Part shown: positions 63,761 through 64,000 of the stretch, piece by piece
Numbering within the stretch: the first letter of the stretch is position 1
Layout: every line of letters begins with the position of its first letter
Program-made: the position numbers and the translations under genes
NCBI RefSeq assembly: GCF_001194135.2
Contig: NC_068988.1
Location: 80,750,185 to 80,814,184 of the forward strand
From: Octopus bimaculoides
Taxonomy: Eukaryota
Reading direction: 5' to 3'
DNA length: 64,000 nucleotides
Notes under the pieces: generated by a model
What the model saw: the letters and a program-made list of their open reading frames with translations, nothing else
What the model was told of the DNA's origin: nothing
Databases searched by the model: none

Positions 63761-64000
63761 NNNNNNNNNNNNNNNNNNNNNNNNNNNNNNNNNNNNNNNN
63801 NNNNNNNNNNNNNNNNNNNNNNNNNNNNNNNNNNNNNNNNNNNNNNNNNNNNNNNNNNNNNNNNNNNNNNNNNNNNNNNNNNNNNNNNNNNNNNNNNNNN
63901 NNNNNNNNNNNNNNNNNNNNNNNNNNNNNNNNNNNNNNNNNNNNNNNNNNNNNNNNNNNNNNNNNNNNNNNATTGATTATTATAAAATCTGGTAATTATT

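Larger units (their letters stand above)
8713..63971. other. Assembly gaps (N-runs) at 8713-8722, 24874-25320, 32038-32995, 40544-40907, 51937-52211, 53222-53249, 56827-57058, 59392-59612, 60418-61007, 63761-63971
   Basis: Direct reading; most are bordered by (TA)n, (CA)n or (CAT)n tracts. Confidence 1.

Noticed and set aside
24790-63995. Long ORFs in the supplied track containing X runs
   Set aside because: They only span N-gaps and dinucleotide tracts.

Overview
AT-rich, microsatellite-dense animal genomic DNA with ten N-gaps. The repeat spectrum (tRNA-derived CORE-type SINE with an internal TA/TG microsatellite, a second tRNA-derived SINE, (ATG)n-tailed RTE 3' ends) suggests an octopus/coleoid cephalopod draft assembly; this is recalled resemblance, not a database result. 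Most of the window is decayed transposons: CR1-group, CRE-like, RTE and L1/Tx1 LINE fragments, four Penelope-like elements (PLEs), Tc1/mariner remnants, hAT and Helentron-type non-autonomous elements. Host-gene evidence is limited to one good first coding exon (39445-39714, product unrecognised) and weak candidate exons. Best signals: (1) a type I hammerhead ribozyme with a fully canonical core at 25553-25650, embedded in a 106-bp-arm palindrome whose left arm is antisense to the ribozyme's 3' part; (2) further hammerhead-like motifs, two of them in a PLE terminal repeat that was copied, with 49 nt of flank, back into that PLE's own ORF; (3) two GG-terminal MITEs with 8-bp TSDs (Merlin-like) that share a body, differ in their TIRs and carry TTAGGG telomeric arrays; (4) a shared 3' tail between the CORE SINE and the CR1-group LINE. 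All folds and alignments were done by eye.
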